63,995 nucleotides of DNA, filler included, from Octopus bimaculoides (GCF_001194135.2; 5 parts of 5 records of this genome joined end to end with filler, not necessarily neighbours in it), one strand, 5' to 3'. Numbered from the whole stretch's first letter, positions 13,747 through 24,972 are shown. The notes: generated from the letters alone by a model not told the origin. Numbers and translations: made by a program.

Positions 13747-14657
13747 CAGTTTTGTAAATGTATATATGTATGCATTTATGTATATATGTGCGCATGCAGA
13801 TATGTATGTATGTATATATAATGATTAAAAGTGGAGGTAGTAATGGAAATAAATACATTCACGCACTCAAACACACATATATGCGTGCATTTATATACAT
13901 ATCCATGCAAATACTTTTTTGTGCGAAGGCGCCTGCGTATATTCAAATACACGCACTCGATCACACACACACATATACAGCAATAAAACCCTACCAGATA
14001 TAATACATATTCACGAATTAATACTTACAGACATATATGCATATATGTGCGTGCGAACATCGAAAAAAAAAAACACAGAAATATATACAGCTATTTATCT
14101 TAACCAGTAAATTAGCATTGCGCTATTTTGTGATTTTTCGATTGAATAGTGTGCTAAAAACAAATTTATAGCCGAATAATTTTGAACAAGTTCTATCACT
14201 CTTACTATGATAATGATTATATAATAGCAGGCACACATAGTTGCGCATAGTGTTTGAGTAAACTTGATCGTTTATTTATTATTTAGGTGGACTTATTGTA
14301 TTTTCCCCCTTGATTTTCCTGCCCAAGCAATTGTTTCAGAGTGCTATTTATGAGTAATATATTTTTGCATTATCCTCATAAAACTGAAACGCTAATAGAC
14401 GTACAAATGCGTACATCTATATAAGTGTATAAGAAAAACTTATCCAATATAAACACAAATTCTACAGCATACATAACTACACAAATCTCTCTTTTACAAT
14501 GTATAGGTATATACACACACACACACACACACATACACACATATATAAGGATATATATATATGCATATATATATATATGTACATACGTGCACATATATAT
14601 GTATATATATATATATATATATGTATGTACATACATGCATATATATATGTACATACA

Positions 14658-14690
<33 letters not shown>

Positions 14691-14790
14691 NNNNNNNNNN
14701 NNNNNNNNNNNNNNNNNNNNNNNNNNNNNNNNNNTTAATTAATTAANNNNNNNNNNNNNNNNNNNNNNNNNNNNNNNNNNNNNNNNNNNN

Positions 14791-14843
<53 letters not shown>

Positions 14844-14902
14844 TTGATGATGATGATGACGATGATGATGACGATGATGATGACGATGATGATGACGACG
14901 AC

Positions 14903-14952
<50 letters not shown>
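14791..14952 (+). repeat. (GAT)n microsatellite
   Basis: Direct reading, with occasional GAC/GTT variants. Confidence 0.98.
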
Positions 14953-14953
<1 letters not shown>

Positions 14954-15230
14954 ACGCAACTATTTTGTACTTTAACAATATTTTATTCCGCTGGGAAGTG
15001 TTGAGAGACATTCCAAGGAGAAATCTGAATAACGATTGCAATTTTTAAGGTTGGCACAAAAACGTGATAAAAAAGGCAAACGATGTAATGAAATGTCCTT
15101 TAGCCCGGAGTGAGCAAGTCAGTTCTGCGTGAGTATAACCAATGAACAAACGTATTCCATCTGCAACTATTCAACCATTTTTAGAACTGCATACGATTAC
15201 ATCACCCGATACGTCATTTGCTTATTTCAG

Positions 15231-15338
15231 ACGATAGAGAGAAAAGAAAGATTTTTTACTATTCCTAACAGATCGAATGATAATGAACAGACTCTCACTT
15301 TGCCTTGCCCGAATGAAATAAAATGTTGCCAATCGGAG
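15231..15338 (+). other. Candidate 108-nt internal exon of unknown gene or lncRNA
   Basis: Acceptor tcatttgcttatttcag| and donor GAG|gtaagt; open in phase 0 (TIERKERFFTIPNRSNDNEQTLTLPCPNEIKCCQSE). No homology recognised. Confidence 0.25.
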
Positions 15339-16131
15339 GTAAGTGGATTGTTACCAAGGGGCAATCAAAGAATCCTTTATAATTTTCTCTACCAAAGTCA
15401 TCTGCCCTTTCCCTAAACACACACAGCTCATTCAAAGCAGGAATATTTTACACCCAAGGGCATGCTCGACACTTCTCAAGTAACTTGCACAAAACCTAAA
15501 AGAGACAAGGGTTGCAGCAACAGTGATGGTGATAATGATGNNNNNNNNNNNNNNNNNNNNNNNNNNNNNNNNNNNNNNNNNNNNNNNNNNNNNNNNNNNN
15601 NNNNNNNNNNNNNNNNNNNNNNNNNNNNNNNNNNNNNNNNNNNNNNNNNNNNNNNNNNNNNNNNNNNNNNNNNNNNNNNNNNNNNNNNNNNNNNNNNNNN
15701 NNNNNNNNNNNNNNNNNNNNNNNNNNNNNNNNNNNNNNNNNNNNNNNNNNNNNNNNNNNNNNNNNNNNNNNNNNNNNNNNNNNNNNNNNNNNNNNNNNNN
15801 NNNNNNNNNNNNNNNNNNNNNNNNNNNNNNNNNNNNNNNNNNNNNNNNNNNNNNNNNNNNNNNNNNNNNNNNNNNNNNNNNNNNNNNNNNNNNNNNNNNN
15901 NNNNNNNNNNNNNNNNNNNNNNNNNNNNNNNNNNNNNNNNNNNNNNNNNNNNNNNNNNNNNNNNNNNNNNNNNNNNNNNNNNNNNNNNNNNNNNNNNNNN
16001 NNNNNNNNNNNNNNNNNNNNNNNNNNNNNNNNNNNNNNNNNNNNNNNNNNNNNNNNNNNNNNNNNNNNNNNNNNNNNNNNNNNNNNNNNNNNNNNNNNNN
16101 NNNNNNNNNNNNNNNNNNNNNNNNNNNNNNN

Positions 16132-16177
<46 letters not shown>

Positions 16178-16527
16178 TCATTTACGCACAACAGATTAGA
16201 CTGTTGGAAAAGTTCCTAACATCGGGCTGCAAAAAGTAGCCTTAGACGTTAAGAAACTTCCTAAGTATCCTAGCTGTCCCTAATAATACTGTTTTCTTGA
16301 ACTGCATTAAACTAGTTTTTTTTTTTTATGCCTATTTCGTCTATCCATCGGTTCAATTCGTTAGGAATAGTTCCTAATGCACCCATAGCTACGGGAGTAC
16401 ATTTTACCCACACTTTCAATGGCTACATCCTGGTACTTTCTTATTTTCTCTATATCTTTTATTTTGACTTTCTCATCATTTAAAATTGCAAAGTGAATTA
16501 CATGACACATTTTATTGTATTTATCGT

Positions 16528-16596
<69 letters not shown>

Positions 16597-16805
16597 ATAT
16601 TACTACTACTAAATCACGCCTTCTAACTTGTGTTACGTTGTCGTCTGAATGTTAAAATCCCACAAATTATACTTTTTACTTTTTAGCACTTTAGAGGATT
16701 CCTGTTCTTACTTTTTATCAGTCTGGTCAAATCCTAGCTTTCTTAGGTTGTCAATCCTTTTCTTGTATTTCTTCTGTGCCATCATACTACATTCACTAAC
16801 TATAC
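16132..16805 (-). mobile_element. R4/Dong-type non-LTR retrotransposon, 3' part (CCHC knuckle remnant, RLE endonuclease, 3' UTR, (TAA)n tail); pseudogenised
   Basis: Joined minus-strand frames: IVSECSMMAQKKYKKR..KLGFDQTDK / LWDFNIQT / RRRDL-V(n)-DDKYNKMCHVIHFAILNDEKVKIKDIEKIRKYQDVAIE / VKCTPVAMGALGTIPNELNRWIDEIGIK / KKTVLLGTARILRKFLNV*. Stop at 16244-16242, followed by about 70 nt of UTR and (TAA)n. Confidence 0.9.
16528..16610 (+). repeat. (CTA)n microsatellite inside the Dong-like LINE
   Basis: Direct reading; one aatat interruption. Confidence 0.98.
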
Positions 16806-17715
16806 AAAGGTGGGCTGAAAATTTCATAGGCTGACCATGTAACCGCAGGGGTGGCTGTGTGGTAAATAGCTTGCTTATCAACCACATGGTTCCGGGTTCA
16901 GTCCCACTGCGTGGCACCTTGGGCAAGTGTCTTCTACTATAGCCTCGGGCCGACCAAAGCCTTGTGAGTGGATTTGGTATACGGAAACTGAAAGAAGCTC
17001 GTCGTATATATGNNNNNNNNNNNNNNNNNNNNNNNNNNNNNNNNNNNNNNNNNNNNNNNNNNNNNNNNNNNNNNNNNNNNNNNNNNNNNNNNNNNNNNNN
17101 NNNNNNNNNNNNNNNNNNNNNNNNNNNNNNNNNNNNNNNNNNNNNNNNNNNNNNNNNNNNNNNNNNNNNNNNNNNNNNNNNNNNNNNNNNNNNNNNNNNN
17201 NNNNNNNNNNNNNNNNNNNNNNNNNNNNNNNNNNNNNNNNNNNNNNNNNNNNNNNNNNNNNNNNNNNNNNNNNNNNNNNNATATGTATGTATGTATATGT
17301 TCGTGTGTCTGTGTTTGTCCCCCCAACATCGCTTGACAACCGATGCTGGTGTGTTTACGTCCCGTCACTTAGCGGTTCGGCAAGAAAAACCGATAGAATA
17401 AGTACTAGGCTTACAAAGAATAAGTCCTGGGGTCAATCTGCTCGACTAAAGGCGGTGCTCCAGCATGGCCGCAGTCAAATGACTGAAACAAATAAAAGAA
17501 TAAAATAATGTAAGAGTGATGCCTGAACTGTGAAACTCTGCATGAATTAATTTCAAAACTTTTCAAATCTTTTTATGAAAAATTGTAATGTTTTTTCCAG
17601 GTAAGCTGACATCAGGCTGTTCAAAGAAGACTTCAAAAGTAACTAGTAGCCATTTCTTTTGAAAGTGAACCAAAGGTGACATCGTGTTGTTATCAAGTAC
17701 CTGCACAAAAAAGGC
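16801..17715 (+). mobile_element. mariner left end and transposase start, split by a SINE insertion (16843-17507)
   Basis: TA plus TIR-like tacaaaggtgggctgaaaatttcataggctgac at 16801-16835; sequence resumes at 17508; HRVVIKYLHKK (mariner N-terminal helix) at about 17680-17715. Confidence 0.65.
16843..17507 (+). mobile_element. SINE family C (my label), full length, with internal microsatellite/gap and 6-bp TSD
   Basis: Box A gtggctgtgtgg, box B gggttcagtcc, ccttgggcaagtg core-like block, and tail ..atgactgaaacaaataaaag. ATGTAA at 16837-16842 and 17508-17513. Confidence 0.92.
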
Positions 17716-17717
17716 AG

Positions 17718-17900
17718 TATGTAGTTCCGACCTTTACATTCTGAGTTCAAATCCCTCCAAAGTCAACTTTGCTTTCACCTTTTCGTGGTCGATAAAAAAA
17801 AAAAATAGCATCAGCTCAGTAGTAGAGTGGTTACAAGCCGCTTTTCCCATCATGCACCTACAAAAATCGCTAACCTTGTGCCTATGGAAGAAATAATTGT
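17718..17900 (+). mobile_element. SINE family A, 5'-truncated
   Basis: ttctgagttcaaatccctccaaagtcaactttgctttcaccttttcgtggtcgataaaa followed by a ccttgtgcc tail. Confidence 0.75.
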
Positions 17901-18377
17901 TTATAATCCGGATCAAATGAAAGACAAAATCGACTTTACCGGTATTTGAACATCAGTATGTCAAGTTACAGATAAGATAAAAAGAAAAAAAAATGAAAAG
18001 CAACGAAATAAAAAAAATGCCCCCACTACAAATTGCAGTACCTTGAACACATTTCGTGTCGCTGTTACTATGACAACAAATCTTGTCGCGTTAGAAGGAA
18101 AAAAATCAAACACAACCATACATGCAAACGAACAGAAGACACGAGGAATTGTATAAGTATGTGTGCGCGTGTGTATGTCCTTGTTAATACATGCGTGTGT
18201 GCGTGTCCTTGTGCATACATGCGTGTGTGTATGTTCTGGTGCATGCGTGTGTGTGTGTGTGTGTGTGTTTGTGTGTGTGTATTTGCGAACGTGTTTTGTG
18301 AGGAGAAAACTCTAGGGGAAACTAATTTAATCAATGGTTATAAGGCAAGGCAAGCAGGGAGATTTAAAGAAAACTAA

Positions 18378-18427
18378 TAGTAATAATAATAATAATAATA
18401 ATAATAGTAATAATAATAATAATAATG

Positions 18428-18500
<73 letters not shown>

Positions 18501-18510
18501 TGATAATAAT
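18378..18510 (+). repeat. (TAA)n microsatellite
   Basis: Direct reading. Confidence 0.98.
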
Positions 18511-20434
18511 AAATTAACTTTCCACATGTATGAATGTTTGGGTTGTTGGGTTGAAAAATTGCTAATTCGAGTTACAGATTACTACAACCAAAATTAATAC
18601 CAACCAAATTCCTTCTTANNNNNNNNNNNNNNNNNNNNNNNNNNNNNNNNNNNNNNNNNNNNNNNNNNNNNNNNNNNNNNNNNNNNNNNNNNNNNNNNNN
18701 NNNNNNNNNNNNNNNNNNNNNNNNNNNNNNNNNNNNNNNNNNNNNNNNNNNNNNNNNNNNNNNNNNNNNNNNNNNNNNNNNNNNNNNNNNNNNNNNNNNN
18801 NNNNNNNNNNNNNNNNNNNNNNNNNNNNNNNNNNNNNNNNNNNNNNNNNNNNNNNNNNNNNNNNNNNNNNNNNNNNNNNNNNNNNNNNNNNNNNNNNNNN
18901 NNNNNNNNNNNNNNNNNNNNNNNNNNNNNNNNNNNNNNNNNNNNNNNNNNNNNNNNNNNNNNNNNNNNNNNNNNNNNNNNNNNNNNNNNNNNNNNNNNNN
19001 NNNNNNNNNNNNNNNNNNNNNNNNNNNNNNNNNNNNNNNNNNNNNNNNNNNNNNNNNNNNNNNNNNNNNNNNNNNNNNNNNNNNNNNNNNNNNNNNNNNN
19101 NNNNNNNNNNNNNNNNNNNNNNNNNNNNNNNNNNNNNNNNNNNNNNNNNNNNNNNNNNGGTCGGTGTCCTGTTGTTGTTGCTGTTGTTATTGTCACTGGT
19201 AGTAGCAGTGGTGAGGACAGTGGTCGTGTTAGCAAGGACATTTGTGTCGTTGTCGTTGTTGTTGCTGTTGTTGTTGTTGTCTTTAGATAGATAGATAGAT
19301 AGATAGATAGATACATAGATAGATAGATAGATAGGTAGGTAGATAGGTAGGTAGGTAGGTAGGTAGGTAAGTAGGCAGGTTCAAAACGGTTGTCTTTGAC
19401 ATAAAGTTTTGCTTATTTAGTGTCACGTTTAAAAAAGTCTCTCGTAAAAGCCTCAAGTAAAACCCTTTTTGGCATTAAATGTGACTTTTTATACACTATT
19501 GCATCCTTTCATCAATAAATGCTTATATCCCTACACGTAACAACTCTAGCATTAATAGAATACAATACAGAACTTATATAAGTGTTTTCATTTCTGTTGT
19601 GTGGCGTATATCAATAGTTAAAACATCTTGATTATGTTTTTAATTTCATTCCACGGTTAAGGTTGCTTAAAGCGTAACATTTACACTTTCTTAGATGAAG
19701 GATAGATAAATCAGGAATAAGTTAGAGATAAATCAAGAATAAAATCAGATACACTTGGATATTTCATGTATACAGGTTTATACTCACGATTAGGAAGGAC
19801 ACATTTTGGAACCATAGCACAGGTAGAAAGATGACATAGAAAGTCATTGAACCTGTAATTTCACTTGGCTGATAAGTGAAAGTATATTATTCAGAAAGAT
19901 GCTCAGTTTTATTGAATATACAGTTGGAAATATATAAATCGAACCATGTCACAAAAGGTCTATATTATAGAGACTATGCGGGATAAAGTTTTCTATTTAG
20001 TTTATTTGCTTAATATCATGTTCAATAAATGTCAACTGATAATTGCTTGAAATTGCTTAATCAATGAAAAAAGTGAAGAATTGTCAAAGTCGTTTGAACG
20101 TTCGATCAGTTTTCTTGAGGTATTTCTTCAAATGCCAATTGTCCTTTTACACTTTTGCATATGAAATTTATCACAGGGGTGATAAATAAATACCAACCCA
20201 CGTTCTTTGGTCCATTCTTTTCTCTCTTCCTCTCACCCACTTCCTTCTCCTCAGAATCCTCTCAATTGCGCTATGCGAAATGTCAAAACAGTGAGACCAT
20301 TCATAGCGGTCAATTTCTCTAGAAAAAGAGGAAGAATAGAAGAGAGAGAGACTAGCAAACACTGCAAGAAGGAAAAACTGATATTACGACAAAAACTAAC
20401 CAAGAACGAACCGTTACGTAGTGTAATGTGGAAC

Positions 20435-20523
20435 GAAGAAGAAGAAGAAGAAGAAGAAGAAGAAGAAGAAGAAGAAGAAGAAGAAGAAGAAGAAGAAGAA
20501 GAAGAAGAAGAAGAAGAAGAAGA
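20435..20523 (+). repeat. Pure (GAA)n microsatellite
   Basis: Direct reading. Confidence 0.98.
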
Positions 20524-21054
20524 ATTTCACCATAAAAATTATTTTCACTCTCCATTTATAAAATCTGAAGATCTACAAGACAACTGTTGGACTGTATAAC
20601 GCCGAGGGGGATTAATAAAACTTAAACATGTGCGAAATTGTTGTCGCCAAATTCACGAAAGATTACAATTACATTTCCCTGCATGTTCACATTTCAATTT
20701 TAATCACTTAAATCTAGAAATTCTCTGCTTTCCCCTTTTTTTTTTCATGATATAAATTGTCGTCCTTGGCAATGAGTTTTCATCTATTTAGCATTATTTT
20801 CATTGTCTGTATTAACCTGTGATAAACTGAATGATAACAGAATTGAACCTTTAGTCAGAAGTACCGTCACATCACGATCGGAACTCGTTTCTGTTCCATT
20901 AAACACCTAGAAAGCAAAGTAAAAAAGAGGAAAAAAGAAAAAGAAAATATAGATTAAAAATGAAAAAAACATCTTAGTTTGCAAAATCTATTATTTGTCC
21001 CCATTTTATTCACTTTTTTCTCTCTCACAGCATATGTCCACACTTACACGCACG

Positions 21055-21090
<36 letters not shown>

Positions 21091-21454
21091 CATACACACA
21101 CATATAAAGCGTGAGATGATAGATAGATAGATAGATAGCTAGATAGATAGATAGATGGATAGACGGATGAACAGAGACAAGAAGAAGAGGGATTGTTTAG
21201 ACAGAATGATGAATAAGGAGTGTCTGTATGAGTTATTGGTTGGATAAAGTGAAGATGTTTTCCTTAAATACCCTAACATCATATATTGAAACTTCTGTAC
21301 AAAACTGATTGCTGCAGAGATAGAGGAGAGTTAATCTATGAAGATGAAAGAGGTAAAAATCACATACATATACTGTCATCTTTTACGTATGTATGTATTG
21401 TACGTATGTATGTATACACATATATATATATATATATATGTATATGTGTATATT

Positions 21455-21505
<51 letters not shown>

Positions 21506-22661
21506 NNNNNNNNNNNNNNNNNNNNNNNNNNNNNNNNNNNNNNNNNNNNNNNNNNNNNNNNNNNNNNNNNNNNNNNNNNNNNNNNNNNNNNNNNNNNNNN
21601 NNNNNNNNNNNNNNNNNNNNNNNNNNNNNNNNNNNNNNNNNNNNNNNNNNNNNNNNNNNNNNNNNNNNNNNNNNNNNNNNNNNNNNNNNNNNNNNNNNNN
21701 NNNNNNNNNNNNNNNNNNNNNNNNNNNNNNNNNNNNNNNNNNNNNNNNNNNNNNNNNNNNNNNNNNNNNNNNNNNNNNNNNNNNNNNNNNNNNNNNNNNN
21801 NNNNNNNNNNNNNNNNNNNNNNNNNNNNNNNNNNNNNNNNNNNNNNNNNNNNNNNNNNNNNNNNNNNNNNNNNNNNNNNNNNNNNNNNNNNNNNNNNNNN
21901 NNNNNNNNNNNNNNNNNTTGACATATGTATACATATATATGTATGTGTAAATATGTATATTTATGCATATGTATGTTTATATATATACATGCATATATAT
22001 ATATATATATGCGTGTGAGTGTGTTTGTGTGTCTGTCAGTGTGCGTGTGTGTGTATGAATAGAGACCCCCCCCCTCTTACATATATCTTTCAATTTTATT
22101 GTATTTTTTTAATTTTTTTTATTACCATTTCCTATTGAAGTTAATTCAAAAAGCGGCTTAAACAGTTGTGTTAGTTTCTAGGTGACTGAAAGTGACTAAA
22201 AGCTGTTGGCCATCAGGAAGATGCGTTTTGCACAGATGACAGTGGTGGTAGTGGTGATTTGGTGCGGTGGTAGTAGTAGTAGTAGCGAATTGGTGGTGGT
22301 GGTTGTGGTGGTTGTGGTGGTGATGGCTAGGACGATAAATCATTTGTGCCCCCATTATTACAAGAGACTGGTTTCGAACGTGAAAAAATAACAGCAATAA
22401 AAATATTAAAATAGAGAAAAAAGGGGGTAAAACAGACACAACTGAGATAACAATAATAAACACTGATAATATGGATGATGATGATGATGAAGATGAAGGT
22501 GGTGGTGGTGGTGGTGGTGGTGTCAGCAAAAAAACAAAATGCTACAAGAATTGGTGACGGAACAATATGTTGGAGAGTGAATTGAATTGAGTTGATGAAG
22601 GGTGAAATATAGAGGTACACGAATAACGAATTTTAAACGCACACACATGTACGTGCGCGCG

Positions 22662-22713
<52 letters not shown>

Positions 22714-22867
22714 CACACACATACTCATGCATACATACATGTATGTATATCTACATGTATATATGTATATGTATATGTATATCTATCTGTCTAACCATCT
22801 ATCTATCTATCTATCTATCTATCTGTCTATCTATCTATCTATCTATCTTTTCTCTCTGTATTTTCAA

Positions 22868-22904
22868 TATTTCTGATGAAGAGCTCCGCTCGAAATCTGA
22901 AATT
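22868..22904 (+). ncRNA. Degenerate hammerhead relic in a short element between (TATC)n and (TA)n repeats
   Basis: attt-CTGATGA-a-gagc-tcc-gctc-GAAA-tctg-aaat: core and helix II are intact and helix I is 4 A-U pairs, but the helix III and cleavage triplet are corrupted. Confidence 0.45.
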
Positions 22905-22993
22905 CTGTTTCTTTTCTTTCCCTTCCTGACCGTCCAATAACAGTACTTGTACCACGTCTTCGTGTTGTTGTTTTTTCTTGCTTGTTCTTGTTT

Positions 22994-23062
<69 letters not shown>

Positions 23063-23367
23063 TGTATGTATATATATATGTATGTGTGTATGTAAGTATA
23101 TATATGCAAAAACGGCCAAAAGAGACAATCTGGAATTAAAAAATAATTAATAAAAGTCAAAATATGAACGATACATCTCCTCAGGAATGACAACAAAAAT
23201 GAGTGAGTTGGTGTTGATGTTGTTGTTGTTGATGGTGGCAGTAGTGGGGGTGGGGGTGCCGGTGGTGCTGGTGACGTTGGTGGTGGTTGTGGCGCTGATT
23301 GTCTTTTTAATGTTTGTGCGATAGTAGCTGTCATGGTTGTGCTGTAGTCGCAGGAGATGAAATTTGG

Positions 23368-23545
23368 AGACAGCGTGGCCAAATAGTTAAGGACTTTATT
23401 TCATATTCAAGAGGTTTCGGGTTCAATACTACTGCTTGCAACTTTGGGTAAGTGACGTTTGTTTTTTTTTCCCTTTTACTGATCAATTCAGGCCCTATGA
23501 GGGAAATTGTACATTCGAAAACTGTATGGAAGCCTGATATATGGG
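23368..23545 (+). mobile_element. Diverged family C-like SINE head
   Basis: gtggccaaatagttaag..gggttcaatac..actttgggtaagtg..tgtatggaagcc. Confidence 0.55.
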
Positions 23546-23879
23546 TTTTACGTGTAATTCATTTTGTCATATAATTCATTTTCATAAAATTCATTTTGAC
23601 AAATTCATTTTGCTATAAAATGTGTCGCACTGATTCCGTCTGAGAATTATGTTAAAGGTGTACTCAGCCATCGATGGATGAACTACGATATCATTCTAAT
23701 GATCCATTTACTTACTTTGTTTGTTGTAGTGCAATTTCGGAGGGTGGGGTAAGTCGATTACATCGACCCCAGTGCACAACTGGTACTTATTTTATCCACC
23801 CCCGAAAGGATGGAAGGCAAAATAAATCTCGGCGAAATTTAAACTCAGAAGATGAAGACGGACGAAATGCTTAACAGCA

Positions 23880-24058
23880 GTTCTATATTTAAGAGATGAG
23901 GAATTACGTACCTTATTTACATTATTTATAATTGACGGATATTTGTTCTCATCTTGTTTGTTGTTAACACAACGTTTCTGCTGATATAACCTCCAGCCTT
24001 CATCAGGTGTCTTGGGGAAATTTCGAACCTGAGTTCTCATTCCTAAGGTATCTGTCGG

Positions 24059-24089
<31 letters not shown>

Positions 24090-24187
24090 GTTATTGTTAT
24101 TGTTAAGGTCACTGCTTGGAATCGAACTCAGAATCTTGGGGTTAGTAGCCCGCGCTCTTAACCACTATGCCATATGTCCGAGGGCAT
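23880..24187 (-). mobile_element. Composite SINE: tRNA-like head + (AAT)n + hammerhead-bearing tail, inserted into a family-A SINE
   Basis: Minus strand reads box A tggcatagtgg, box B gagttcgattcc, (AAT/AAC)n at about 24060-24105, hammerhead at 24011-23966, and a tail with a 7-bp inverted repeat (23894-23900 / 23948-23954). Flanked by atgcttaacagca (23867-23879) and atgcttagcagca (24188-24200); the host SINE resumes on both sides. Confidence 0.85.
23966..24011 (-). ncRNA. Minimal type I hammerhead ribozyme motif of the kind associated with Penelope-like elements
   Basis: Minus strand: gacac-CTGATGA-ag-gctg-gaggttatat-cagc-a-GAAA-CG-TT-gtgtt. Helix I gacac/gtgtt (one G-U), helix II gctg/cagc with a G-A mismatch at the closing position, palindromic ACGU in place of helix III, predicted cleavage after GUU (between 23971 and 23970). 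Confidence 0.8.
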
Positions 24188-24264
24188 ATGCTTAGCAGCA
24201 TTTCGTCCGACGTGCTAACGGTTTTGTCAGCGGGCTGCCTTAAAAGAAATGTAATTGTAAAATT

Positions 24265-24972
24265 GGTTTCAAATTTTAGCACAAGGCCATCAATTCTGGA
24301 AATGAGTATCAGTCGATTACATCAATCCCAGTCCTCAAACGGTGTTTGTTTTATAGTCTCTGAAATGATGAAAGGCTAAGTCGACCTTAGTAGAATTTGA
24401 ACTCAGAACGTAATGACAGTCTAAATGTCGCTAAGCATTTTTCCCAGCGAGCTAATGGTTCTGCCAGCTTACCGCCCTAAAAAAAAAAATAATAATAATA
24501 ATAAATGTGATTGTAATATTTTTTCTACACTAGCACAAGGCCCGTAATTTTAGGGGAGGGGGGGGTCAGTCGATTAGATCGACCGTAGTACGCAAATGGT
24601 ACTTAATTTATTAACCCCGAAAGGATCAAAGTCGNNNNNNNNNNNNNNNNNNNNNNNNNNNNNNNNNNNNNNNNNNNNNNNNNNNNNNNNNNNNNNNNNN
24701 NNNNNNNNNNNNNNNNNNNNNNNNNNNNNNNNNNNNNNNNNNNNNNNNNNNNNNNNNNNNNNNNNNNNNNNNNNNNNNNNNNNNNNNNNNNNNNNNNNNN
24801 NNNNNNNNNNNNNNNNNNNNNNNNNNNNNNNNNNNNNNNNNNNNNNNNNNNNNNNNNNNNNNNNNNNNNNNNNNNNNNNNNNNNNNNNNNNNNNNNNNNN
24901 NNTAAAGACAGACGAAATTCCGCTAAGCATTTCGCCCGGCGTGCTAAATTTTCTGCCAGCTAACCGCCTTAA
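24265..24972 (-). mobile_element. Two consecutive SINE family A copies (24265-24478; 24528-24972, the latter spanning a gap)
   Basis: Both show agtcgatta.atc.acc..agt, gaatttgaactcagaac and gctaagcattt..cc.gc motifs. Confidence 0.85.

Larger units (their letters stand above)
23728..24242 (-). mobile_element. SINE family A host copy, split into 23728-23879 and 24188-24242
   Basis: Joining the two halves restores the family A sequence gacggacgaaat..cttag/a(c)agcatttcgtccg.cgtgctaacg. Confidence 0.85.

Noticed and set aside
14735-14746. Palindromic TTAATTAATTAA embedded in N-runs (also 45657-45668, 61668-61679, 62861-62872)
   Set aside because: An identical 12-mer centred in gaps, with stops in all six frames, is best explained as an assembly or scaffolding spacer, not biology.
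24107-24180. Possible genuine tRNA gene (likewise the other SINE heads)
   Set aside because: Boxes A and B are present, but the acceptor and anticodon stems do not pair fully and the sequence continues into a repeat body.
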